Shown here piece after piece: positions 1 to 7,827 of a stretch of 44,870 nucleotides of DNA (the stretch's first letter is position 1; each line of letters opens with the position of its first letter). Source of the stretch: a virus (taxonomy: Duplodnaviria; Caudoviricetes); the IMG/VR virus record IMGVR_UViG_3300036982_000460, positions 1 to 44,870 of that record; one strand, written 5' to 3'. A program made the translations under genes and the position numbers. Below the pieces are notes generated by a model that was not told where the DNA came from, searched no databases, and saw nothing but the letters and a program-made list of their open reading frames with translations.

Positions 1-161
1 ATAAAGAAGGCGTAAAACAGCAATCAGTAAAGATTATGATTGATAACTGGCAGTTATTAGACTCACGACGAGATAGTGAGCAAGGTAGTCAACAACCACC
101 AAATCCAAAGCCAGCTGGCATGTTAAAGGTAGATGATATAGACGATCCGTTCGCAGATTAA
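1..161 (+). CDS. ssb: Single-stranded DNA-binding protein, 3' end (partial; not in ORF track)
   Basis: Frame 3 reads KEGVKQQSVKIMIDNWQLLDSRRDSEQGSQQPPNPKPAGMLKVDDIDDPFAD* (TAA 159-161). This fits the end of an SSB OB fold, a Q/P linker and an acidic DD..PF tail. Confidence 0.85.
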   Translation, partial: KEGVKQQSVKIMIDNWQLLDSRRDSEQGSQQPPNPKPAGMLKVDDIDDPFAD

Positions 162-168
162 ACATATT

Positions 169-194
169 AGGCCCGCATATAGCGGGTCTTTTTT
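169..194 (+). terminator. Rho-independent terminator after ssb
   Basis: Stem AGGCCCGC (169-176), loop ATATA, stem GCGGGTCT (182-189, one G-U pair), followed by a T run to 194. Confidence 0.85.
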
Positions 195-197
195 ATG

Positions 198-203
198 TAT
201 AAT
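198..203 (+). promoter_or_regulatory. Perfect -10 hexamer (TATAAT), probable promoter of the late operon
   Basis: TATAAT lies directly after the terminator and 9 nt before ATG 213, which has no SD. No canonical -35 is present. Confidence 0.5.
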
Positions 204-212
204 GTACTAATC

Positions 213-464
213 ATGGGCGTAACAAAAAGACTTCAAGATCCATCTGGCGGTTTAAACGCTGCTGGTAGAGCATATTATAAACGCACGACGGGGGCTAATT
301 TAAAACCACCCGCACCTAACCCTAAGACTAAGGCAGACGCAGGACGTCGTGCCTCTTTTTGTGCACGTATGTCTGGCATGAAAGCTAAGAACACATCTCC
401 AGCAACAGCACGTGATCCTAATAGCAGGATCAATAAATCATTGAGAGCATGGAACTGTAAATGA
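213..464 (+). CDS. Small basic conserved phage protein (DUF6321-like)
   Basis: Motifs PSGGLNAAGRAYY..., RRASFCARMSGMK and RDPNSRINKSLRAWNC match my recollection of DUF6321 from aquatic phages. Start moved from 195 to ATG 213 because 195 precedes the -10 box. Confidence 0.75.
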   Translation: MGVTKRLQDPSGGLNAAGRAYYKRTTGANLKPPAPNPKTKADAGRRASFCARMSGMKAKNTSPATARDPNSRINKSLRAWNCK

Positions 465-526
465 GAAAAACAATGGGTGCATTGTTAGGTATGGGTGCTG
501 AAATCCAATCGCAAGGAAAGCGTTAA
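461..526 (+). CDS. 21-aa micro-protein consisting only of the QGKR tag (MRKTMGALLGMGAEIQSQGKR)
   Basis: ATG overlaps the upstream stop (ATGA 461-464) and the ORF fills the gap to the next gene. It aligns without gaps to the C-termini of three downstream proteins. It is below the ORF-track size cutoff. Confidence 0.8.
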   Translation: MRKTMGALLGMGAEIQSQGKR

Positions 527-531
527 TATTA

Positions 532-915
532 ATGCCGCAAAATCCACCTCAATTTACTAGCCCCACAGGACGTCCTCAAAAAATATCTATGGCTACGCAA
601 AGTGCAATGGATAAATGGACTAAAGCCGGTATGTCACCACCACAAGTGAAGCCCGGTGAAAGTCAGTATTTTTATACGACAAGAATTAGTAGCTCACTTG
701 TAAATAGACAACGTGGTCGTTACGGCGAAGATGAAACTACAGATCGTATTTTTGATAGAAGAGATGTAGCTACAACACCGACAAAACCTGTACAGTCAGA
801 AGTAAACGCTGTGAAGCCAAAAGGTAAAACAAGTTTTGGAAAATCTATTGGATCTAAAAGTTTTGGTGCGCTTTTAGGATTAGGTACTGCAATACAAGCC
901 CAAGGGAAAAGGTGA
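532..915 (+). CDS. Hypothetical basic protein (127 aa) with C-terminal QGKR tag
   Basis: Ends GSKSFGALLGLGTAIQAQGKR* (tag DNA 850-915). The rest is low-complexity with no recognisable domain. Confidence 0.85.
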   Translation: MPQNPPQFTSPTGRPQKISMATQSAMDKWTKAGMSPPQVKPGESQYFYTTRISSSLVNRQRGRYGEDETTDRIFDRRDVATTPTKPVQSEVNAVKPKGKTSFGKSIGSKSFGALLGLGTAIQAQGKR

Positions 916-919
916 CAAT

Positions 920-1342
920 ATGCCACAAGATACAGATAAGAACTATCGTCCACAAACAGCAAGAGACAAAGAACTTAAGACTTACACAAGTAAAGAAATG
1001 CGAGCAATGGCCGATGGTAAAAACATTCGACCAAAAGTTATACCGGGAACGCAAGATACTGGCAGCGTGTTAGGTGCTTTAGCTCGTGGTCATATTGAAG
1101 CAGGTACAACTGCTAAGGTCGGCATTGCTGGCAGAGATACAGTCAAGGACAATTACAATATTTCTCGCTTGTCTGATTCCCAGACAGCAACCAAATACAC
1201 TGCTGAGCAAACTGCTAAAATGAAATCAGCAATGGCTAAACGTAAATCTTCTGCTCCAAAAAGCCCTGCATCAAAAGGACGCAGGACAATGAGTTCGTTG
1301 TTAGGAATCGGTACAGCAATTTCAACTCAAGGGAAAAGGTAA
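920..1342 (+). CDS. Hypothetical basic protein (140 aa) with C-terminal QGKR tag
   Basis: Ends GRRTMSSLLGIGTAISTQGKR* (tag DNA 1277-1342), preceded by a K/S/A-rich linker. SD-like AAAGGTGA lies upstream. Confidence 0.85.
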   Translation: MPQDTDKNYRPQTARDKELKTYTSKEMRAMADGKNIRPKVIPGTQDTGSVLGALARGHIEAGTTAKVGIAGRDTVKDNYNISRLSDSQTATKYTAEQTAKMKSAMAKRKSSAPKSPASKGRRTMSSLLGIGTAISTQGKR

Positions 1343-1346
1343 AATC

Positions 1347-1664
1347 ATGTTAAAACCAACACCTCCTCGACGAACAATGCCTGCTAAAATGCAAGCTAAC
1401 TATCCAAAGAATGCTCGTAGCACTGGCCGTGCTGTAGGAGCATTAGGCGCAGCTGCTGGAGCAATCGCTGCAACTGGTGTTAGGAATGCACGTGAAGTAA
1501 GCGATGCTGAATATCGTGGATTTGTCAAAGGTAAGACTGCTGGGCGACAAGCTGACAGCAGTGGCCGTATGATAAAGAAAGGTCCTGCAGCTGCAAAAGA
1601 AACTCCTAAAAAGAGCAATGCTCCAGCTAATGCATCGTACTTTACAAAAGCGTTAATGAAGTAA
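1347..1664 (+). CDS. Hypothetical basic K/A-rich protein (105 aa) with internal degenerate tag copy
   Basis: Residues 26-46, TGRAVGALGAAAGAIAATGVR, align in register with the tag. AAGGT SD upstream. Confidence 0.8.
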   Translation: MLKPTPPRRTMPAKMQANYPKNARSTGRAVGALGAAAGAIAATGVRNAREVSDAEYRGFVKGKTAGRQADSSGRMIKKGPAAAKETPKKSNAPANASYFTKALMK

Positions 1665-1674
1665 TAGGTGATAT

Positions 1675-4600
1675 ATGGCATCCGCGTTATACAACATGAT
1701 GGTTGATGATGAAAAAAAGACTGGTGCACCTGCTGGTGGACCAACTCCTGCACCAACCAATGCAGCGCCTGTGCCAGTATCAATTCCACCTGCAACTCCT
1801 CCTGCACCTCAACAACTGAGTCCTGCAGGAGGACCTTCTGGTGAACCCGGTATAAATGAATTACTAGATATTTTATCTGAGGGACGTGGACCTGTTCGTC
1901 CATCTGCTCGTGTAGATCGTCCATCCGCAGTTGGACCAAGGCGTCCATTGGCCCCTCGTCGCACACCACCAAATATGCCAGATTTTGATTGGCGTAGTGA
2001 TGCTGGTGGCACTAAGCCAGCGTTTACTGAGTATGAAGGCGAATCTACTACAGACGCAGTTAGTGGAAAAGTTACATTTACACCTAAATTAGACGCTGCC
2101 GGAAATAAAATTGTTAAACGTGCGGGTCGTGATTTAGATTTTGAGGCAGCTGATCAAGCAGCAGCAGTTGAAGGTCGCGAATTACCAGATACGCAAACAC
2201 GTATTAAAGATGTACGACCAACAGGTCAAGGAGCTGGGCCAAGTCCACGCACATCAGCTGATGACTTGATGGACTCAGCTCGTTATGACGCTGGTGTTGA
2301 ACAAGCCTTTCAAGCTGGAAATATTGGACAGCAAGAACGAGATGCGCAACTAGGTAGTCAGCAAAGAGCTACGTTTGGTCAAGGATTTACCAGCGAAGTT
2401 CCAATGAGTCTTGAAGAACAGGAGATTGCTGGGTTACGAGAAAAACGTGACTTCTCTAAATCTAAATTCATAGACACAGATCCTTTACAACAACCACCGG
2501 CTAACATAAGAGAAACTTTACGCGCAGATACACTTATTCGCGACACCATAAAAAAAGGCGGTAATGCAACTAATCCATTTAGTGTAGTGCAAACAGTTTT
2601 TGGTCAATTACAAAATGACGTACGACGCGGAGAAACTAAGGCCGTTAATCTTGAACGTGGATTAATTAGCGAAGTTGCAAGCATTTGGGGTCAAGGCGAA
2701 ACATTCCGTGAAGACCATCCATTTACCAAAATTGCACGTGAGTCTTACGGTAAAACCCTTGATGAAGTTGTAGCTGAATATAAACGAACAACGGGCCAAG
2801 ATTTATTTACACCAAAGTTATTAACTGGCTTACAACGTCAGATGGCAACAAAAGCAACGCAATACCGTGCTGATTCCGAAGCGATTAAAGGCAGTGTTGG
2901 ATATAGCGTATTAACTAATGCTATTGAAGTTGGAAACAACGAACGATTTAACGCAAGCGCAAAGTCGCGTGTAGCAAAAGGCGCGATTGCATATCTTGCA
3001 TCTATTCCTTTAAATGATGAAGCTGATGTAGCAGACGCAAAAAATTATTTCAATATGTCTTTATACGGTGATCCGTCAATGAAGTATTACCAAGAAGGTA
3101 TTGAAAAGTTTTATGCTGATGATCCAGTTCTCGGAGTAGTTTTTAAAACCGGTGCTGCTGGTGGCACTGCACGTGCTGCTGTAAGTATGGATAAAGTACG
3201 TGGAGCTACAGCGGAAGTATTTAAAACTGCTATAGATGATGCAAATTATGGCTTTGTAAATGGAACTATTGCATCAGATGAAGACGGTGTAGTGGTGCCT
3301 AGGACTGGACGTCAAGCGCAAGTTCGTTTGATGAATGATTTTACGTTTCCTTTTTATAAGGCAATGTATGCCGGTGATCCAATTGAAGGTTTTAAAGCAT
3401 TAAATGGAACTTCATTTGGTAGGTACTTTGCTAACAATTTAGCGTTTAACTTACAAGTATTGGACACAGACAATACTGTTAAACAGATTTTTGAATCTGA
3501 AGATAATGAAGCAAAAACAGCAGTAATGAATGCAATTACTGCACCATTTGGTATTAAACGCGCTATGCGCAACTTGTTTACTTTTGATATTGCAGGGCAA
3601 GAAGATCAATTTGCTATTGATGTACCTAAAATACAAGACGCTATGAAATCTGGCGATATGTTATTGGCTAAACAGATGATGGCTCCATATGCAAGTACGG
3701 ATCAGTTAGATATTTTATTTGGTGAAGACGGATATGTTGAAGGACAAGGCAAGCAACGTGAGTTGAAACTTGTTGACCTTGAAGAAATGCGTGGAGTTGG
3801 TGGTTCCAGAAAACAAAGGCTTGATGCATATTTAGGTAAAAAAGAATCATATGCTGCTGCATCTGAAAAAATGGAAGCATCTGTATTAAAGATGGCCCCT
3901 GATCAATTAATAGCTAGATTAACTGGTGCATTTAAGATTGATCAAACACTACTTGGTGGTTATACAGGTGAAACACGAAAAGCGTATAACATGGGTTATA
4001 TTGCAGATACAGATGTAACAGGCACTCAGAAAGCTGCGTTAGCAGATATTGTTACATATCTATCTCCTACGCGAGATGGATCAATGTCCATTGCTGATGA
4101 TCCAATTTTTACACAAACACTGACTACAGTAGACGATGCAATTAGTAAATTAAATTTACAAATAAATCAAGGGACATTATCTGGATATCAAGAAGAAGCG
4201 GCTAAGTCGTTACTTAAAGAATTGAAAAGCACACGTCAACAGGCGTTGTCTAACTTAGATGACTTTGTTGCAGCAGGTGTAGGGCGTAAGCATTTATTTG
4301 CATTAACACCTGATGGTCCAGATTACTCACGGCCAATTTCTGCAGCAGGTTCTGCTAGTCGCGTTGCGCAGGTTACTGATATGCTTGGGGCTTGGTTAAC
4401 AGGCACTAAAGGTGTTGATGTAAACCGTTATTTTAAATCAACTACAGAGACAACACAGCGAGCAAGTAATCGTGTTTTGGTTACTCCTATTGATCGCAAC
4501 GGTAATGCAATTCCATCGCAGATTGCTGTATCAGTAAAAAAAGATGCAGATGGATTTGTCCAATATCCTGTTTATGAAAAAGAAGGAACGTCATGGGTTC

Positions 4601-5967
4601 CAGCAAAAGATATTTTTGGAAGACCAATAACATCTAGTGCTCCGTTAAATAAAGCTCAACAGGCAACCGCTTCATTATTTGGAAAAGCGGCTAATGATAC
4701 AGCTTCTGGAAATCGTGTAAACGATGATTATAAGCGACAACAAGTAAATGATATACGTGTCCATTTACAGAACATTATTGAACCATCAGGTAAAGATGCA
4801 GCTGAGCGCCGTAAGTATTTAATTGAAGAAATTGGCATTTTTGCTGACACGCGCAGCAGGATTGAAAATGCTGAAGTGATGAAATTTCTACAGAAAATGG
4901 ATCCACAGCAAGGACGCAAACTATTAGGTTACTTAGAAGCATACGGGCAGAGCGAATCATTAAAGCCAGACGCCAACGTGAATTGGGCTATGAATGCAAC
5001 TAGTACTCGTGGGCGATCATTTGGCACAGATGATAAAGCAATTGGTGAGATTGAAAAAGAATCTCGTTTTAATGCGGTTGATAACCATAGGACTACAGTC
5101 TTTACTTTAGCAAGCCAATCCAAGAACATTATTCGCACGTATGCTGATGAATTGATGGATGGGCGTGGCATTGCAGATCCGTCTACACGCACAGCAGCAG
5201 CTGATCAAGTAATGAAGAGCCTCATCAAATCATTACCAATGCTGGGTGCAAACAACATGCAAACTGCACAGGTAAGAGACTATATGAGAGATTATATTGA
5301 TGCATATCTATCTGATGACGCAGATCAGATTAAAGTTGTGAATACTCAGTTGCGCGATTTTGTTGAGAATTTTGAAGTTACTCCAGAAGCGGCAGATAAA
5401 GCACAACAAGAATTAATACGTGGTTCTAAGTTAAATCTGCGAAAACCAGCACAACAAGAATCTGATGCGCGAACACCAGCGCAAATTGTAGCTGATGCTA
5501 AAGCAAAAAATGACGCAGCAAGAAGTCAAAACAGATCACAAGCAAAATACTATGCAACTGAATTCTTCCCGCAATTAGGTTGGATTTATGCAGATGGTAC
5601 AGAAGCATCTGTAAATCAATTTAGGACAATGGCTCAAACTGCACAGAAGCGTGGGAATTCAAGAGGTTTAGACCCACGTCGAAAAAACATGGAAGGCATC
5701 ACTATAAAGCAGCCAACTGCTAATGATATTGCTATTGCAAAGAAGGATAAGCCTGATTACAAAAGAGTCCCTGGAGGAACTAAGATTCGACAGCAGCCTC
5801 GTAATGTTGAATCAACTCAAAGAACTATAAGTCAACCTAAGCCAAACATTAACAAGACACCAGCTGTTCTCCTCAAGGGGAAACAGAAACCATCAGGTGG
5901 AACATTACGTACGCTCGGAACATTGGCAACTTTAGGTGGAGCAATTAGCACTCAAGGCAAGAGGTAA
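1675..5967 (+). CDS. Large hypothetical protein (1430 aa) with C-terminal QGKR tag; possible internal virion protein
   Basis: AGGTGA SD. Pro-rich N-terminus and basic C-terminal linker ending TLRTLGTLATLGGAISTQGKR* (tag DNA 5902-5967). No catalytic motif recognised, so the function is inferred. Confidence 0.85.
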   Translation: MASALYNMMVDDEKKTGAPAGGPTPAPTNAAPVPVSIPPATPPAPQQLSPAGGPSGEPGINELLDILSEGRGPVRPSARVDRPSAVGPRRPLAPRRTPPNMPDFDWRSDAGGTKPAFTEYEGESTTDAVSGKVTFTPKLDAAGNKIVKRAGRDLDFEAADQAAAVEGRELPDTQTRIKDVRPTGQGAGPSPRTSADDLMDSARYDAGVEQAFQAGNIGQQERDAQLGSQQRATFGQGFTSEVPMSLEEQEIAGLREKRDFSKSKFIDTDPLQQPPANIRETLRADTLIRDTIKKGGNATNPFSVVQTVFGQLQNDVRRGETKAVNLERGLISEVASIWGQGETFREDHPFTKIARESYGKTLDEVVAEYKRTTGQDLFTPKLLTGLQRQMATKATQYRADSEAIKGSVGYSVLTNAIEVGNNERFNASAKSRVAKGAIAYLASIPLNDEADVADAKNYFNMSLYGDPSMKYYQEGIEKFYADDPVLGVVFKTGAAGGTARAAVSMDKVRGATAEVFKTAIDDANYGFVNGTIASDEDGVVVPRTGRQAQVRLMNDFTFPFYKAMYAGDPIEGFKALNGTSFGRYFANNLAFNLQVLDTDNTVKQIFESEDNEAKTAVMNAITAPFGIKRAMRNLFTFDIAGQEDQFAIDVPKIQDAMKSGDMLLAKQMMAPYASTDQLDILFGEDGYVEGQGKQRELKLVDLEEMRGVGGSRKQRLDAYLGKKESYAAASEKMEASVLKMAPDQLIARLTGAFKIDQTLLGGYTGETRKAYNMGYIADTDVTGTQKAALADIVTYLSPTRDGSMSIADDPIFTQTLTTVDDAISKLNLQINQGTLSGYQEEAAKSLLKELKSTRQQALSNLDDFVAAGVGRKHLFALTPDGPDYSRPISAAGSASRVAQVTDMLGAWLTGTKGVDVNRYFKSTTETTQRASNRVLVTPIDRNGNAIPSQIAVSVKKDADGFVQYPVYEKEGTSWVPAKDIFGRPITSSAPLNKAQQATASLFGKAANDTASGNRVNDDYKRQQVNDIRVHLQNIIEPSGKDAAERRKYLIEEIGIFADTRSRIENAEVMKFLQKMDPQQGRKLLGYLEAYGQSESLKPDANVNWAMNATSTRGRSFGTDDKAIGEIEKESRFNAVDNHRTTVFTLASQSKNIIRTYADELMDGRGIADPSTRTAAADQVMKSLIKSLPMLGANNMQTAQVRDYMRDYIDAYLSDDADQIKVVNTQLRDFVENFEVTPEAADKAQQELIRGSKLNLRKPAQQESDARTPAQIVADAKAKNDAARSQNRSQAKYYATEFFPQLGWIYADGTEASVNQFRTMAQTAQKRGNSRGLDPRRKNMEGITIKQPTANDIAIAKKDKPDYKRVPGGTKIRQQPRNVESTQRTISQPKPNINKTPAVLLKGKQKPSGGTLRTLGTLATLGGAISTQGKR

Positions 5968-5971
5968 TAAC

Positions 5972-7054
5972 GTGCAAAAAAAAGGCATACCTGAAAAACG
6001 AGCATTAAAACCAAGGCAAGATAGATCCTTGGAGGCAAAAGCAGTAGATCAATTATTACAAATGCCAGCATTCACTACGTTATTGCGTGGTGTACAAGCA
6101 AAAAAATCTACAGATATGATTGCTGGTAGTGGGATTGATGTTACAGGTGCTGAATTAAGTAAGGGCGCAGGATTAAAAAAAGGTGTTGGTAGAGTGCTTG
6201 CGGAAGGTCCCATGCAACACGATTTAGCATTAGGTGCATTAAGGACATTATCACCTAATGCATCTCCGTTATATAGAACAAATAAAGTTGGAGAAAGCCT
6301 AACACTTGCTGGTGGTAATGCTCTTAAAGATGCAGCCATTGATTTAGCCGTAGGTAAATATTTACCAAAAGTTCCGGGCATGAAAAATCTTGGTGAAGAA
6401 GTTGTAGAAAAAATAACAAAGGCAGTGCCATATGCAAATTTTGCTACTGATCAAAAATTCTACGAACAACTAATGGGTCTAGCTGGATATTTACAAAAAA
6501 CAAGGCCTGAATTAGATGGTAAATCTATATATCAAAGCATACCGGGATTTGAAGACTACCTTACAGATCTAGCTAAGAAAAACATTGCTGGTAAAAGCAG
6601 TGTTAAAAATAGCAAATTATTAACATCCGTAAATGAGCATCTTGGGACTAAGCCATTTGACGATGAAGCTGGTTTAGCTTTAATGAAATTGATTGCGCCA
6701 GATTATGCACCACCAGTAGAGTCTGACAATGAAGGCAGAATGATGCCTAAGTTTGATCAATATCAATATAAACCAGCAATGCAAGGTGACTATTACACTG
6801 AAGAATTGGGTTTAACTGAAAAACAAGAAAAAGGGTGGGATATTTTAAAGTTGTTAAAAGCATATGAATTCCATAAAGATGATTTAGCTAAAACAGCACC
6901 TATGCAATATATATCTGAGTTGTTTCAAGATTTATCATTAAAAAATGCCATTAAAGTAAATAACAAATATCTTGGCCCCTCACCATCACCAAAAAATATG
7001 TCTCAGATGGGATCTCAAGGAATCAACACTCGTACAACTCCACAGTTACCATGA
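5972..7054 (+). CDS. Hypothetical protein (~360 aa)
   Basis: Start reassigned to GTG 5972, which follows GAGGT (5961-5965) and avoids overlap with the previous gene. The stop overlaps the terS start (ATGA). Confidence 0.8.
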   Translation: MQKKGIPEKRALKPRQDRSLEAKAVDQLLQMPAFTTLLRGVQAKKSTDMIAGSGIDVTGAELSKGAGLKKGVGRVLAEGPMQHDLALGALRTLSPNASPLYRTNKVGESLTLAGGNALKDAAIDLAVGKYLPKVPGMKNLGEEVVEKITKAVPYANFATDQKFYEQLMGLAGYLQKTRPELDGKSIYQSIPGFEDYLTDLAKKNIAGKSSVKNSKLLTSVNEHLGTKPFDDEAGLALMKLIAPDYAPPVESDNEGRMMPKFDQYQYKPAMQGDYYTEELGLTEKQEKGWDILKLLKAYEFHKDDLAKTAPMQYISELFQDLSLKNAIKVNNKYLGPSPSPKNMSQMGSQGINTRTTPQLP

Positions 7055-7827
7055 TAATAAATGAACATGTTCGCGTAATGAAAAATGGTGGAAAAGTTCC
7101 ACTGTGTCAATCTGCCAACCCAGATGGGCAACTATGCAAAAATCTTGCAATTAAAGATAGGGATTATTGTAAATACCATGGTGGTAAAGCATTAATGGGA
7201 CCAGATAACCCAGCATTTAAAACAGGATTATGGTCTAAGCAACGACGTCGTTTTGCGTCTGTAGCACCAAAACTATTACAACGTATAGAAGAATTGCGTG
7301 ATGACCCAGAGTTGTTTAGCCTCAAGGATGACGCCGCTTATTTAACAGCATTGATGGATATTAGGGCAGAGGCTGCAAGTAATGGAATAAGCGTAGAGCA
7401 TTATGAAGAAATAAAAGACCAGATGGCGGTATGTAAGGCAACGCAAGGAACAGAAGAATTTCCTAAAGCCTTTAAAGCATTAGACAGGATGGTCAGTCAA
7501 GGCATTGATATATATCGCGCCAGCCAAGATGTTGTTAGTTTGATTGAGAAAAGAACTGACATCGTTGAAGCTGAAGCTCGCATGTTACATACAAAGGCGT
7601 ATACACTTGAGGTTGATCAAGCATATAGTCTAGCGATGCAAATTTTAAAAGTTGTTAAAGATTGTGTGCATGATGCAAGTGAACTACAAGCAATTAAAGC
7701 TGGATTTGGAAAATTGTTAAAGCAGTATCAAAATGAAGACATACAGGACGCAGAAATAATCAATGAAGAATCAAGTATCGACGAGGGCAACTCCGCGAGC
7801 ACTGAAGAAGTTTATACGTCCAACTAA
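7051..7827 (+). CDS. terS: Terminase small subunit, with N-terminal HGGxSTG-like Cys/His domain
   Basis: CQSANPDGQLCKNLAIKDRDYCKYHGGK..GPDNPAFKTGLWS motif, helical C-terminal half, and position directly before terL. Confidence 0.75.
   Translation: MIINEHVRVMKNGGKVPLCQSANPDGQLCKNLAIKDRDYCKYHGGKALMGPDNPAFKTGLWSKQRRRFASVAPKLLQRIEELRDDPELFSLKDDAAYLTALMDIRAEAASNGISVEHYEEIKDQMAVCKATQGTEEFPKAFKALDRMVSQGIDIYRASQDVVSLIEKRTDIVEAEARMLHTKAYTLEVDQAYSLAMQILKVVKDCVHDASELQAIKAGFGKLLKQYQNEDIQDAEIINEESSIDEGNSASTEEVYTSN

Noticed and set aside
515-526. C-terminal G-K-R resembles the eukaryotic peptide amidation signal
   Set aside because: The context is a bacterial phage, no processing enzymes are present, and conservation extends 21 residues upstream.
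850-915. Tag as a transmembrane sorting signal (GlyGly-CTERM, PEP-CTERM or LPXTG type)
   Set aside because: The apolar stretch is only about 11 residues and ends in polar QxQ/STQ, the cargo proteins lack signal peptides, and no sortase-like gene was seen.
461-1342. Tag copies as a CRISPR array or recombination-site array
   Set aside because: Copies are in-frame coding ends, differ at synonymous positions, are irregularly spaced and are not palindromic.
5936-5971. Upstream starts given by the ORF track (195, 5936, 9648, 16535, 17151, 24558)
   Set aside because: Downstream in-frame starts (213, 5972, 9660, 16628, 17166, 24567) have better SD spacing, stop-start coupling or promoter position.
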